A stretch of DNA of 64,000 bases, from contig CAWDWB010000008.1 of NCBI GenBank assembly GCA_963805925.1, forward strand, positions 3,073-67,072, written 5' to 3'. The stretch's first letter is position 1, and every line of letters begins with the position of its first letter. Source of the stretch: an uncultured Acidobacteriota bacterium. GTDB lineage: Bacteria; Acidobacteriota; Terriglobia; Bryobacterales; UBA6623. Both the position numbers and the translations under genes were made by a program. This document shows positions 1 through 10,431 of the stretch, one piece after another. The notes under the pieces were generated by a model. The model searched no databases. It saw only the letters and a list, made by a program, of their open reading frames with translations, and was not told where the DNA came from.

Positions 1-1
1 A

Positions 2-1147
2 TTGATCGAACAGGCTGCTGATGTGCCTGCTCATCGACACTGCGCCGTGAGCGCTGTCGTAGGTACGCGCCAAACCCTCGAGCTCGCTACGCCTGAAGAC
101 GCGCTTGCCCTGATCGCAGTCGAGCTCGCGAAGCGAGTTCAGCACCGCCACTTTTGCCTTGTCCCGGATGACCTTGACGCCGTGAGCCCGCGGCAGGTGA
201 TGTTCGAAATACGCCGCGGCGTGCGCTTTGAGCCCGGACCGCGTCTCGCCGCGCAGAACAACGGCGAAACCGAAGGCATTTCCCGGCATCGCGGACAGCC
301 TGACGCCATGCTCGATGTCGATCTCCGCCTTCGGACCGAGGACGATGTGCACTTTCTCGGGGGGGCTCGGACTTGCGGTCGCGTCCGGCTCGTTCACAAG
401 CCACTGCACCTGCTTCTGCATGAAGATGATCGTCTCGTCATCGGCGTTGACGATTCGAGCCCGGCCGACGAGGCCGTCGGTTTCGGGTGCCGCTTTGAAA
501 TAGTAGTCGACTCTCGGCTGTACGAGCCCACGCTGCTTCGCGAGGGCGTAGCGGTTCCAGACGGTCACGCTCCGTTTCGCCTTGCGCAGCGACTGATCCG
601 GATATCTCACGATAAGCTCGGTGTGGAAGACTTTGTAGCGTTCATTCGGATCGAGCAGGTCCCTGTACTGGATCGTCGCGAACGGCAGGCGACTGACATG
701 GGCTGCCTTTCCGCCGTAATGCCACTCGTAGTAAGTCCCCGGCCGATGCACCTCCGAGGCATTGCGAACCGACCACTGGCCCGTCGCCTCACGCGAAGGG
801 TCACCATGCACATCGAGAATCGGGAGCGGTGCGCAAGCGTCACCCTCGACGATATCGATCTCTAAACGATGCGTATCCGTGACGCGACCGGCAACGGCCG
901 TGACGTTGATCGCACGCCGGCCCGGAGGGCCGGCGAGCTGAAGGTATCGTTGAGACCCAACGGCACCGTCGATGCGCACGTCGGGGTCCGATCCATCTGG
1001 CGCCCGAACGGTCCTGACGATCACGGAGACGCTCTCGCCACTCTTGACTATGGTTCGCGACGCGTTGATGCGCCGGATCAGCGCTTCTCGCTTCCGGCCC
1101 CCTTCGTCATTGCAATCGCGGGACGAATCGACGTGCTTGCCTGCCAT
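2..1147 (-). CDS. hypothetical protein; 3-prime end runs off the left window edge
   Basis: My reverse-strand translation from the ATG (complement of 1145-1147) gives 382 codons with no stop down to position 2 (MAGKHVDSSRDC...GTYYEWHYGGKAAHVSRLPFATIQYRDLL...HISSLFDQ). It is missing from the ORF track only because its stop lies outside the window. The listed + ORF 2..865 is its Arg/Val/Asp-rich antisense shadow. No family recognised. Confidence 0.6.
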   Translation of the reverse strand, partial: MAGKHVDSSRDCNDEGGRKREALIRRINASRTIVKSGESVSVIVRTVRAPDGSDPDVRIDGAVGSQRYLQLAGPPGRRAINVTAVAGRVTDTHRLEIDIVEGDACAPLPILDVHGDPSREATGQWSVRNASEVHRPGTYYEWHYGGKAAHVSRLPFATIQYRDLLDPNERYKVFHTELIVRYPDQSLRKAKRSVTVWNRYALAKQRGLVQPRVDYYFKAAPETDGLVGRARIVNADDETIIFMQKQVQWLVNEPDATASPSPPEKVHIVLGPKAEIDIEHGVRLSAMPGNAFGFAVVLRGETRSGLKAHAAAYFEHHLPRAHGVKVIRDKAKVAVLNSLRELDCDQGKRVFRRSELEGLARTYDSAHGAVSMSRHISSLFDQ

Positions 1148-1189
1148 GGCGCCCTCTGCAGATTCGATTGGTATTCCTGCCCGCTCACT

Positions 1190-1655
1190 AGTCGAGCAAG
1201 CATTCCTTCGCGAACAAAATCGACGTAAAGAACGAATAGTCGGTTGTTCGGCTTCTTACGGAAGCCGTGCCCTTCGTCGTCGAACACGACGTACCAGGTT
1301 GGCGTGCCGACGCGTTTGAGACTCGCGACAATCTGATCGGATTCACTCTTCGGCCCGCGCCGACGTTTGCGTCCTGTTGGACGAGCATCGGCTTGCGAAT
1401 CTGCTCGACCATGCTCATTGGCGCCGTGCGGTCCATCCAGGCACGGACTTCGAGGTTCCGCTCGTCGCCGTACTCGGCGCGTCGCAGGTCGCGACGGTAA
1501 CCCTGGATTTCCTTTTTGGCTGTCCTGACCCAGATAGCATAGCCGTCCCAAGCCTGCGATTCAACGGTTTTCGCACTGCTTTCACGTCCAATCCTCGATT
1601 CGGTGCTGGTCCAGCCAACAGATTGGCTTCGTGCAAGGCCGTTCGGCGCTGCAAG
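1190..1655 (-). pseudogene. S9 (prolyl oligopeptidase family) peptidase, C-terminal fragment with a frameshift
   Basis: Reverse frames read ...YRRDLRRAEYGDERNLEVRAWMDRTAPMSMVEQIRKPMLVQQDAN. After a frame change they read SDQIVASLKRVGTPTWYVVFDDEGHGFRKKPNN. This parallels the C-terminus of the intact S9 peptidase at 6811..8823 (PLLIGQGANDPRV...YPDEGHGFARPENN). The N-terminal two thirds are absent and there is a stop just upstream near 1660. Confidence 0.6.
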
Positions 1656-3095
1656 CGCCGCTCAATCTTTAGTTAAAAGGCTGCGTGGCTGGCCTCCCGA
1701 CTTGCCAGCGCTGCGTGTCGCTGTGCGATAGCGCCTGCGCGAACTTCGCTGTTGACAGAAGCGCGGGCTGCCCGGGTGGGACAGTCCGGTTTGCAAGCGT
1801 GAGTCGTCGAAACGCCCCAAGCAGGCTCCCAGGGGAGTTTGGCGTGCCGGCGTCCTCAGGGGGTTAGGGGGGTACCCTCCCTTCCCACGCTCCTCCAATT
1901 CCGAAGATTGCAAATTCACCAGGGGAACTCCCTGCACTCCCTGCACTCCCCGGGAAAGGTGTTGGTTCAAAGGATCAGCGGGTAGAATGGTCGGCGCGAG
2001 GCCGCCTAGCCTTTGGCCGGGCGAAAAGCGGGACACCCTGACCCGTTCGGCGGCGTTTCCTTTCAGGGTTCGCTTGCAAGGAGGCGATGTCCAAAGACCT
2101 CTACCGGGATAAACGCTGTCCATTGTGCGATATCGGGAAGGACGTAAACCGCACCGACGCAGGAGTCGGCTTACAGAATCGAATGCGCCTTGCACTGCGG
2201 GCACTCCTCGATAGCCAAGGCGCTGGACAAGACTTTCCGGGATGCGCGTGAGAGTCCAGAGCATTTCGGACAGAAGTACCTGGTAAGAGTGTTTGTCGGG
2301 TGCCATACTCGGCTGCATGCGCAGACCTGCGAGAAAGATAGCTGCCCGGGGCCAACGATAGGTGATGACAATTGGATCGATCTTGCCAATCACTACGCGA
2401 AGCTCGGAGAGGAAGAGGTGCAGAACGGACTCTTGTCCTTTCTTTGTACCCGAGCCGCCACGCCAAATGCATTCACGTGTTACAACTCCGCCGACGGATT
2501 TCTTGTAGGGACTCCGCTCGAGCCTATGTTCGAGGCTGCGTTGGATGCGCTTGAGGCCCGAGGAGAGATATTACGTCAACCCGACATCCCGTCCTGTGCG
2601 TCTGTCACGGCATCTGGTTGGAGACGATTCTTGCAGCGGGCCAGCAGTGGCCGGAGTCGAAGAAAGCGCCAGCCCATAGATATTCGTGGATTTCGTGTAT
2701 TTGGTGTCGGCTCTCTCGGAATGGGAGTAACCGCCTGAAAACGCGATAGCTATACGAAACCTCACACCAATCTCAAACACAAATTGCATACGCATTCTGT
2801 GTCTTCTACCCTCAAACCAATTGGCCCCAGGCGGTCCGTCCAAAAAACTCGCCCTGAGGCCAAAAGGAGATTCAAGTAGATGCGTAGATCTTCCGACTTG
2901 GCAAACTCTTGCGAGATGTCACGGACCGCCCGATCGGCAACAATGTTGTTCGCGCTCTTGGGGTGAAGAACGGGGTCCAGGAATGGCGCTGGGCGGAAGT
3001 CGGTTGAGCCTCGTGTAGCCATCGCTACCTGAGTTCCGCCCATGTCGAACCGTCATTCCAGTCTCAGGCCCCGCCAGCGGTAGCTCAAGCAACGC

Positions 3096-3344
3096 TTGCC
3101 GCCCGAGCAGGCCGGCAACGACCTGCGCGAGGCTGGGGTGCACGCTTTCGAGAAGCATTACACGGCGCGTGAGCTGGCCGAGATCTGGGCCCTGGACGAG
3201 ACCACCGTCCGACGAATCTTCCAAGACGAGCCCGGCGTTCTCAAGATCGGGCAGTCAGGTAGGCGCGACCGCAAGCGCGACTACGTCTCCATTCGGATCC
3301 CTAAGTCCATCGCCGAACGTGTGCATCGGGAGCGGTCGAAGTGA
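3096..3344 (+). CDS. small helix-turn-helix / excisionase-like DNA-binding protein preceding an integrase
   Basis: 82-aa ORF with YTARELAEIWALDETTVRRIFQDEPGVLKIG...RIPKSIAERVHRER. It is a paralog of 15788..16069 (FTLAELAAKWHLARSTIRDWFLDEPGVLLV...RIPQSVAERVHRKR). Both end at the start of a tyrosine integrase gene. Confidence 0.6.
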   Translation: MPPEQAGNDLREAGVHAFEKHYTARELAEIWALDETTVRRIFQDEPGVLKIGQSGRRDRKRDYVSIRIPKSIAERVHRERSK

Positions 3345-4480
3345 CGCCGGAGTACAATCGCCCCATGCTCAGCATGTGGAGAAGGCACACGCCGAAGTGC
3401 CGACATCGAGCTAAGGGACGCGCTCATACGAAATGCAACTGCCCCATTGGGGTGGACGGGGAAGTCAACGGTAGGCGTCTTAGGCGTTTGACCGGACTAA
3501 AAGGACTGGCAACGGGCCCTCAGGAAGCTGGCGCTTTGGGAACCGCCCGACGCGCCTACCTTGACGCCCGTGACGGAGGCCATCGAGGCGTTCCGAATTC
3601 ATTGCCGAGACCTGGCGCCTTCCACGCGCAGGAAATACGACAACATGCTGCGCTTACTCGCAGCCTTCTGTGAGGCGCGCTCAATCGACACGATGGCGGA
3701 AGTGACTGTCGAAGCGATCGATCGCTTTCGCGCCACGCGCAAGATTGGCCCAGTCACCGCCACGAAGGAATTGCAGACTCTTCGCCAATTCTGCGCGTTC
3801 TGTGTTGAGCGAGGTTGGCTGACCGACAACGTCGCGAAGAGAGTCAAGCCTCCGCGGAACGCAAAGCCGGAGCCGATCGAGCCGTACACGACGACCGAAG
3901 TGGCGGCGTTCCTGAAGGCGTGTGATTCCTTCGGAAGAACGAGCTATGAGCGACTCCGTGCCAGGGCGATGGTATTGCTGCTCCGCTATACCGGGCTCAG
4001 AATCTCGGATTCGCCACTCTCGCGAGAGACAGAATTAGGGAGGAATGTATCCTCCTGCATACACAAAAGACCCGTGGACTGGTGATCCTTCCGCTTCCCC
4101 AAGAACTGCTGGTAGCGCTTGAGCGAGTGCCCTCGCCCAGAGGGGCGCAGCCCGGCTGTCCGTATTTCTTCTGGAACGGGATCGGGTCGCGCCGGGCGGC
4201 CGTCGGCGCGGCAGAGCGCACCCTTGCATCGGTCTTCCAGGCTTCTGGCGTCGCAAAGGCCAAAGCGCACCGTTTTCGGCACACGCTGGCCACCGACATT
4301 CTTGTCAAAGGGGGAACCGAGCAGGACGTGGCGGATGTGCTGGGAATCAGTCCCGCGGTCGTTCGGAAGCACTACGCCAAATGGACGCCAGCGCGACAGC
4401 AACGCATCCTAGCGCTGATGAAGGCCGTGCATTCTGGCACATTCTCGGCACACGACGAAAAGGAGGCTGTAATCCATTGA
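3341..4480 (+). pseudogene. tyrosine integrase with at least two frameshifts
   Basis: Three ORF pieces (3341..3673, 3561..4085, 4082..4480) together follow the intact paralog 16066..17295: RRHTxxCxHRxKGR N-terminus, LLLRYTGLRISD, HRFRHTLATD...VRKHYAKW. There is a frame change somewhere in 3560-3670 and another near 4010, where ISD continues as ATLARDRIREECILLHTQKTRGLVILP in another frame. Confidence 0.8.
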
Positions 4481-4497
4481 TTTTAAATGAGGTTATG

Positions 4498-4559
4498 TGG
4501 TGCGGAGAGGGGGACTCGCATTCCGCCCGAGGATTGAGCGATCGTAAGTTATTGATTCT
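4498..4559 (+). repeat. att-like module copy 1: tRNA 3-prime-end-like block plus AT-rich core
   Basis: TGGTGCGGAGAGGGGGACTCG (4498-4518) reads in reverse complement like a T-loop/T-stem/acceptor/ACCA end. The core CGTAAGTTATTGATTCT (4543-4559) starts exactly 45 nt after the block start. No D arm or anticodon arm can be folded, so this is not a tRNA gene. It lies 18 nt after the integrase stop. Confidence 0.6.
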
Positions 4560-4600
4560 TCTATGGCGGGAGTGTCGATAGTGGCGGCCTTGACGGCCTA

Positions 4601-4622
4601 AGTGGTGCAAAAGTGGTGCAAA
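4601..4622 (+). repeat. perfect tandem 11-mer (AGTGGTGCAAA)x2, possible integrase arm-type site
   Basis: Read directly from the sequence. A near-identical copy (CTTGGTGCAAA AGTGGTGCAGA) lies at 17171-17192, just upstream of att-like copy 2. Confidence 0.5.
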
Positions 4623-5262
4623 GCTCCAAAAGACCGGACGTTGTCGGAGTTATCTAAACTGGGCGCTCGCCGGGCGACTCGACGGCCGGCTTGGCATTCG
4701 GCAGAGAATCGGGTTCTGAGGGCGCATGAAGTGCGGATGTAGAAGAACGCAAATCGTACCCCGCACGAAAGCCGCGCCTAGCCAAAACGAAGCTTCTCAA
4801 TCCACCACAACGCAGCGACAAAGCAGCTTGCCTTTGCGCTCTGGACACCCTCGGCCTTGCGTAGTAGTAGATCTACTGCTACCGTCCGACCCTTCTCGCC
4901 GGACGAGAAAAGAACCGGCTAGGCCGTTCGCACGCTTCGATTCGTAGCGGCACCTTTTCAAATTGCGATCGTCAAACTTGAACGCGGGCGGCAAGCCAAC
5001 GATGCAGGTGAGCGGTTCGAAGTTGAGGATTTCGAGCGCCAAACTTGCCAACCGGCTCGACTCTGGACCCTGGATGGGAGCCCTAGCCAAAGAATTGAGC
5101 GCTCGACAACGGCAGCCATCCGGAAGACCAACATATTCTTGATGGAATCTACCTTCGCATGGAAGGAAATGAACAGTCCGTTGGGAAGCCCGTCTAGACT
5201 GGCGTCTTGGAACCGCTCACCGTTGGGTAAGGAGTGATCTAGCGTGATTACCAGCGCGGCTC

Positions 5263-6738
5263 TTAGCGCCGCCTGTCGACCCGTTGATACGTGCGGACGA
5301 CCCGACCGTTCGCCTCGACAACGAAACCAGCCACTCCTCCGTCATCCGACATTTCGAACGAGAGCTGCAACGGCTGACCGGCGGCGGCGAAGCGATGCTC
5401 TGAAACAGGCGCCAAGGACAAGGTCGGTATGGTATCTCCGCTGACCTGCAGATGGCCGTCGACTATGGCAACGTCTACGGTGTGCGTATGGTCGGCATCG
5501 CCGTATGTTCCGACGTAGGTGCGCAGCGCCTCAACAGGTACGTCGAACGCCATTGCTGCCACGTCGACGTCTAGCTCTGTGAGAAAGGTCTTGGCTATGC
5601 CGTCAGAGGGGTTGAGTTCAAGGGCGCGCATGAATGCCGCGATCGCCTCTTCCCGATCTCCCTTGTCGGCGTAGGCCTCTCCCAACATTTCATAGATCAC
5701 TGCGGCGCTGGTTGGTCGCTGCTTCAATTCCTGTTCGATCACATCCTCGGCTTGCTCGAGTCGATCGTTCACCACCAATTCGCCGGCCAGCTCCATAATC
5801 GCTCTGGTCGAGACCGGCCGGGGAAGACCGTAGTGCTGCGCCGCTTGCTCGAAGTAGGAATGGATACCCTCGATCCCGCTCTGGTCATACAGGGTTAGCG
5901 GCTCACGAAGCGCCCAGTGCTGAAAAACGAATTCGAGACCTTGGCGAACACTGCGGTGCACGACTGAGTTGTGGGATTCCTCCGGCATCACCCGCCAGTC
6001 CCACTCGAACTCCTCAGGAGAGTGTTCGGTGAGCACGCCGGCGAGCTTCATCACCCCTCCAGTGAGACCGCCGCCTTCATTGCCCGTGGTCATGTAGAGC
6101 GCCTTGTGGAGTTTCTCGTGGTCGCCGAAAAATGTGTCCGCTTGAGTCACCAGACTCTGCTTGTCCCACTGCAGGCTAGGGCTTACCGCGATGTAGGCGT
6201 CGAAAAGATCGGGTTGATGTACAAGCGAGTAGATTGCGAACAAGCCGCCCAAGGAATGGCCGGCGAGGATCCGATATGGCTGTGTTCGGTACGAGCTGTC
6301 GACGTAAGGGATGAGCTCTTTCGAAAGGAACGCCAAGAAATTCTCGGCTCCACCGCTAGTCGGCTGCGTCGGCTGGGTCTCTCGCGGAAGCGGCGCCATA
6401 TCCCGGCCGCGATCATAGTTGGCGATGGCGACCACGATGGTTTTCGGGATCAAATCGTTGGTCGCCAAGAAGTCGACGAGTCCTGTCGTGTGACGGAAGT
6501 GCTGCGGGCCGTCCAATAGGTACAGGACCGGAAATCGCGAATCGGACTGCTCGTAGCCTCGCGGCACGGAAACGATAAGCCGCCGTTTTTCACCGAGGAC
6601 TACCGAGTCGATGCTGGTCCATTCTCCAATCGTGATCCGCTCGCCGTCCTCTTGCGCGGCTACGGGCGGAACAAGCTCAGCAATAGATCCCAGGGCGAGT
6701 ATCAGCAAAAGGAATTGACAAAGACGTGTTCGAGTCAT
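5263..6738 (-). CDS. secreted esterase (putative-esterase / enterochelin-esterase-like alpha/beta hydrolase) with C-terminal TPR-like region
   Basis: 491-aa ORF with an N-terminal signal-like segment (LLLILALGSIAELVPPVAAQ) and the nucleophile elbow GHSLGGLFA. FPVLYLLDG and AIANYDRGRDM are typical of that esterase family. TAA stop. Confidence 0.8.
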   Translation of the reverse strand: MTRTRLCQFLLLILALGSIAELVPPVAAQEDGERITIGEWTSIDSVVLGEKRRLIVSVPRGYEQSDSRFPVLYLLDGPQHFRHTTGLVDFLATNDLIPKTIVVAIANYDRGRDMAPLPRETQPTQPTSGGAENFLAFLSKELIPYVDSSYRTQPYRILAGHSLGGLFAIYSLVHQPDLFDAYIAVSPSLQWDKQSLVTQADTFFGDHEKLHKALYMTTGNEGGGLTGGVMKLAGVLTEHSPEEFEWDWRVMPEESHNSVVHRSVRQGLEFVFQHWALREPLTLYDQSGIEGIHSYFEQAAQHYGLPRPVSTRAIMELAGELVVNDRLEQAEDVIEQELKQRPTSAAVIYEMLGEAYADKGDREEAIAAFMRALELNPSDGIAKTFLTELDVDVAAMAFDVPVEALRTYVGTYGDADHTHTVDVAIVDGHLQVSGDTIPTLSLAPVSEHRFAAAGQPLQLSFEMSDDGGVAGFVVEANGRVVRTYQRVDRRR

Positions 6739-6810
6739 GAGATTGCTCCAATTTAGAGCACGATTCGTTGTGGCTCACGGCTGTGCCGTGCGCCACGACG
6801 GGCGCTTTCC

Positions 6811-8823
6811 TCACTGGCCTGCCAGAGCATCCGCTAGGCCGGTAAGCAGCTCGGCGCCTTCGGGGACTTGGATGGAGGAGCCTTCGAAGTCGTCGCCGAT
6901 GGATTCGACGCGTCCTCCGAGCGTTTCGGCCAGGAAGGCCTCGGTGACGGCGTTGAACGACTTGTTGTTCTCCGGGCGCGCGAAGCCATGGCCTTCGTCC
7001 GGGTAGAGCACGTAGGTCACGGGGATGTCGCGCGCCTTCATCGCCTCGACGATCTGTTCGGGCTCGGCCCGCTTCACGCGTGGGTCGTTCGCGCCTTGGC
7101 CGATCAGCAGCGGCCGGACGATCTGGTCGGCGTACGTGAGCGGCGAGCGCTCTTTGAGCAGCGCGCGGCCTTCTTCCGTCTCGACGTCGCCTACGCGCAC
7201 GGCGAACCTGTTCTTCGTCGGCGCCCAGTAGGGCGGAATGGTTTCGAGCAGCGTCACCAGGTTCGCCGGTCCGGCGATGTCGACCCCGCAGGCGAACTTC
7301 TCAGGTGTGAAGGTGAGGCCGACGAGGGTTGAGTAACCGCCGTAGCTGCCGCCCATGATGCAAACTTTGTCCGCCTGCGCCACGCCCTCCTTGATCGCCC
7401 AGTCGGTGGCGTCGATCAGGTCGTCATGGATCTTGCCGGCCCACTCCATGTCGCCGGCGTTGGTGAAGTCCTTGCCGAGGCCGGTCGAGGCGCGGTAGTT
7501 GACGCTCAGTACGGCGTAGCCGCGGTTGGCGAGCCATTGGTGGTAGGGGTTGAAGCCCCAGTTGTCGCGCCCCCAGGGGCCGCCGTGCACGAACAGGACC
7601 ATCGGCACGGGCTCGGACGGGCGTCCGTCGCCGTCCGGGTCGGATTCGAGCGGGAGCGTGAGGTAGCTGACGAGGTCGAGGCCGTCGCGGGACTTCAGCG
7701 TCAAGGCGTGCATGGGCGCGAGCGGCAAGCCCTCGAGGGCCTTCAGGTTGCTGAACAAGCGCGTGGCCTTCTTCGGCTCGCGCTCGTAGAGGTAGTACTC
7801 GACGGGGCCGTCCGAGCGCTCGTAGGCGGCGATCCAGCGCTGGTCGTCCTGGCTCCGTGAGACGACCGTGAGCTCGCCTTCGGCGGCTTGGCGCAGAAAG
7901 TCGAGGTCGGCGGCAATCGAGTCATCGAGAGTCGTCCACTCGCGGCGCTCGTAGGTCGAGGAAGCCGCCTGGATGTTGCGCTCGGTCGGGTGGACCATCC
8001 AGCCCGAGACGTCGGCGCGGGGATCCTCGAAGACGGTCTTCTTTTCCCCGGTTTCGAGGTTGAGCGAAACCAACGCGGCGGTGTTGCGGTCGCGACTGTC
8101 GCGCAGATAGAGAATGCTCTTGGTTTTGTCGAAGCCGATCACCGAGGTCGTCAGCGTGTCGTCCGAGCCCACGGCGAAGAGCTCCTCCCAACCGCCGCCT
8201 GCTTTTTGGAGATACTTCATGCCGCCGTCGGGCGTCATTCGAGTGGCGAGGCGCACTTGCAGGTCCCGGTCGGTGACGTACCCGGCGAATCCGGGGTTCT
8301 CTTCGATCAGTTTGCGCTCGCCGGTGAGAAGGTTGACGAGGAACAGGTCGTGGAGGCGCTTGTCACGCTCGTTAATGGGGACCACAGCTTGAGTCGGATG
8401 CTCGGGACTGAGATGCGGCGTCCGTATCGAGATCCCCTCGATCGGCGTCAAGTTGTGAGTCTCGTCGTTCGCGAGGTCGACTCGGAACCCTTGCCAGTTC
8501 TCGTCGCCGGCTTTGTCTTGACCATAAAGGATGTCGTTGTTGGTGTACGCCCACCAATAGAAGCGGATGCCGCGCTTGCGGTCGTTGGTGACGGCGCGGG
8601 CGGCGCCGAGTTCGTCGATCGGCGCGACCCAGACGTTCATGACGCCTTCGTCCGGGGCGAGATAGCTGATCCGGGTTCCGTCCGGGCTGAGCCGTACGCC
8701 GGCGCGGTCGGGGTTGCCGAACAGCACGTCGCGGGAGATGAGCGGCGGTTGCGAGGCTTCAGGCGGGGCGGAACCGCACCCGGCCAGCAATACCAGAACG
8801 AGGCGGAAGACGACTCGGTTCAT
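6811..8823 (-). CDS. S9 family serine peptidase (prolyl oligopeptidase / dipeptidyl aminopeptidase type)
   Basis: 670-aa ORF with a lipoprotein-like signal (LVLLAGCGS), an N-terminal beta-propeller-like region, the catalytic GGSYGGY, and GQGANDPRV and YPDEGHGF near the C-terminus. Confidence 0.9.
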   Translation of the reverse strand: MNRVVFRLVLVLLAGCGSAPPEASQPPLISRDVLFGNPDRAGVRLSPDGTRISYLAPDEGVMNVWVAPIDELGAARAVTNDRKRGIRFYWWAYTNNDILYGQDKAGDENWQGFRVDLANDETHNLTPIEGISIRTPHLSPEHPTQAVVPINERDKRLHDLFLVNLLTGERKLIEENPGFAGYVTDRDLQVRLATRMTPDGGMKYLQKAGGGWEELFAVGSDDTLTTSVIGFDKTKSILYLRDSRDRNTAALVSLNLETGEKKTVFEDPRADVSGWMVHPTERNIQAASSTYERREWTTLDDSIAADLDFLRQAAEGELTVVSRSQDDQRWIAAYERSDGPVEYYLYEREPKKATRLFSNLKALEGLPLAPMHALTLKSRDGLDLVSYLTLPLESDPDGDGRPSEPVPMVLFVHGGPWGRDNWGFNPYHQWLANRGYAVLSVNYRASTGLGKDFTNAGDMEWAGKIHDDLIDATDWAIKEGVAQADKVCIMGGSYGGYSTLVGLTFTPEKFACGVDIAGPANLVTLLETIPPYWAPTKNRFAVRVGDVETEEGRALLKERSPLTYADQIVRPLLIGQGANDPRVKRAEPEQIVEAMKARDIPVTYVLYPDEGHGFARPENNKSFNAVTEAFLAETLGGRVESIGDDFEGSSIQVPEGAELLTGLADALAGQ

Positions 8824-9141
8824 GGGAACCTCCGAACCGGGATTTCCGTTTTGGCCCCGTGGCCGGGGTTAGACTAGCCGATCCACGGCCGCGATGCAAG
8901 GATTTTCGGGCGTTGTTCAACTGCGATCTCTCCTAATGCCGGGGCTGCACCCGTCGAAGCGAGCGTCAACGGGGTACCCTGGCCCCTTAAGCGCCCGCTG
9001 AGCCGAGACCGCTCCGAAGCCGCACTCCCGGCAGCGACCAGCTCCGGCTGCTTTCGGACTCGTCGCATCACCCTCTCGGCACGGGCAGCGCCGCCAACCT
9101 CGCCAGCATCTCGCCGAAGAGCCGCAGCGACTCAGGTTCAC

Positions 9142-10431
9142 TCAAGGAAGATTGCTTAGGAAGTCGTTCATCTCGCGCAGCACATCCGCTTCGTTCGAAC
9201 GGAATACGAAGTGACTCGCATGCGGCAGGCGAACGACACGGGCCGAGGGCACGCCCCTTTCAAAAGCCGTGGCTTGCGCACCCGCAATAGCCTCATCTCG
9301 AGCTTCAGCCGCCGCGCGAGCGGCATCGTCCTTAAACCGTTGCGTGGTTGCGTGGGGAACCGCATAAATAGCCAGAACCGGCACTGGGATGTCCGTGTAC
9401 TTCTGCATACCCCTCATGATCGCTTGAGCGATCGGCGGCATCTGCGGTGGCGGTCCTGCCGAAGGCGGATCGGACAAGTTCTTTTGCATCTCCCTTAAGT
9501 CGCGTTCAAACCCCGGCAGTATCGTATCGAGGAGCTCCGCAACCAACGGCCTCAGATCCTGCGGGCCCTTACCGGGCTCCAACTGCTCCAGCTTCTCCTG
9601 CAACTCGGCCAGGTCCATTCCGAAATCACCGCGCGAGCGATCGTAGTACGCGTAGTAATAGCCGGCATCTAGATAAATCAAGCCTGCGACTCTTGCGGGA
9701 CGCCGCGATCCGATGGAGCTCAGTTCCTCGCCGCCGAGCGAGTGTCCAGCCAGTACTGGCCGGTTCAGTTCGAGTGTATCGAGTACGGCGAGAACATCGT
9801 CGCCAAGACGGTCTGCCGAATACGTCTCATCCCCGACGGGTGACGGAGCGCTGGAGGAGCCGAATCCGCGCCGGGTGATCCCGAAGACGTGGTACGTATC
9901 GGTCAGCTTGAGCGCAAACTTGTCGAAGACGTGCGCCGAGTTTCCGAGGCCGGCCAGTAGGACCAGGGGCCTTCCAGATCCGCCCCAATCGAGGACCTCC
10001 AGGTTGACGTGATCGTCTACGGTTACGAATTGAGCGGCATGCGGGGATGGGTCACGCCATGCAATTTCTTCGTTGGCGCGCTGGAATTCGATCGGCAACG
10101 ACTGAGACTGACGCTGCGTCCAGGCGCCGCTGATCGAGGTAGCGTCGGTGTTGAGCTCCCCTTCGAAGCTGCCGCGTAGCTGGTTAATGGCGAAGCTGAT
10201 TTTGGAACCGTCCAGCGAGAATGAATCCGTGACCATACCAATGCCTCGATCACTGCTGATGAAGACCGTGGCCTGCCAGCCGCCGCTATCGGTTTTCGCG
10301 ACTCGCATGATCGTCTGCAGTTCCTGCGGGCCCACTTTGAGGGCGCCCTGCCAGTCGCCGGCAATGTCTTGTGCAAACGCGGGTATTGCAGTACACGCGG
10401 CAAGGACGATGAAACGGACGTATCCCTTCAT
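9142..10431 (-). CDS. secreted alpha/beta hydrolase
   Basis: The ORF track extends to 10665. The likely start is the ATG at complement 10429-10431 (MKGYVRFIVLAACTAIPAFAQ signal peptide). GHSLGG nucleophile elbow; C-terminal HASHFVF. Confidence 0.8.
   Translation of the reverse strand: MKGYVRFIVLAACTAIPAFAQDIAGDWQGALKVGPQELQTIMRVAKTDSGGWQATVFISSDRGIGMVTDSFSLDGSKISFAINQLRGSFEGELNTDATSISGAWTQRQSQSLPIEFQRANEEIAWRDPSPHAAQFVTVDDHVNLEVLDWGGSGRPLVLLAGLGNSAHVFDKFALKLTDTYHVFGITRRGFGSSSAPSPVGDETYSADRLGDDVLAVLDTLELNRPVLAGHSLGGEELSSIGSRRPARVAGLIYLDAGYYYAYYDRSRGDFGMDLAELQEKLEQLEPGKGPQDLRPLVAELLDTILPGFERDLREMQKNLSDPPSAGPPPQMPPIAQAIMRGMQKYTDIPVPVLAIYAVPHATTQRFKDDAARAAAEARDEAIAGAQATAFERGVPSARVVRLPHASHFVFRSNEADVLREMNDFLSNLP

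Noticed and set aside
2-865. Long + strand ORF of 287 aa at the window start
   Set aside because: Its composition (Arg/Val/Asp/His-rich) and lack of motifs mark it as the antisense shadow of the uninterrupted 382-codon minus-strand frame 2..1147.
1662-3043. Several overlapping ORFs between the S9 fragment and the first HTH/integrase pair (1662..2393 minus, 2171..2389 minus with CPKC...CPQC zinc-ribbon-like spacing, 2190..2738 plus, 2571..2843 and 2762..3043 minus)
   Set aside because: Third-position GC is about equal for the competing frames I tested. No family motif other than the two CxxC pairs was found, and the long minus frame degenerates into Arg/Pro/Gly-rich sequence. There is probably decayed island cargo here, but I cannot support a specific gene call.
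4498-4575. tRNA genes at 4498, 17238 and 23184 (minus strand)
   Set aside because: Only the acceptor 3-prime strand and part or all of the T arm are present. Attempts to place the anticodon and D arms fail: there is no matching 5-prime acceptor strand and the stems do not pair. They are treated as att-type tRNA-end remnants.
4861-4882. 22-bp near-perfect palindrome GTAGTAGTAGATCTACTGCTAC
   Set aside because: It is a single isolated short palindrome with one mismatched pair in decayed intergenic DNA. There is no second copy and no associated gene, so it could be chance or a relic operator.
7888-8877. Long antisense ORFs opposite well-supported genes (for example 7888..8877, 11914..12834, 23337..24032, 30854..31726, 44116..44754, 27667..28485, 29112..29711)
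   Set aside because: Each lies opposite a gene with clear family motifs. Each has the Arg/Ala/Gly/Val-rich composition expected of antisense frames in GC-rich DNA.
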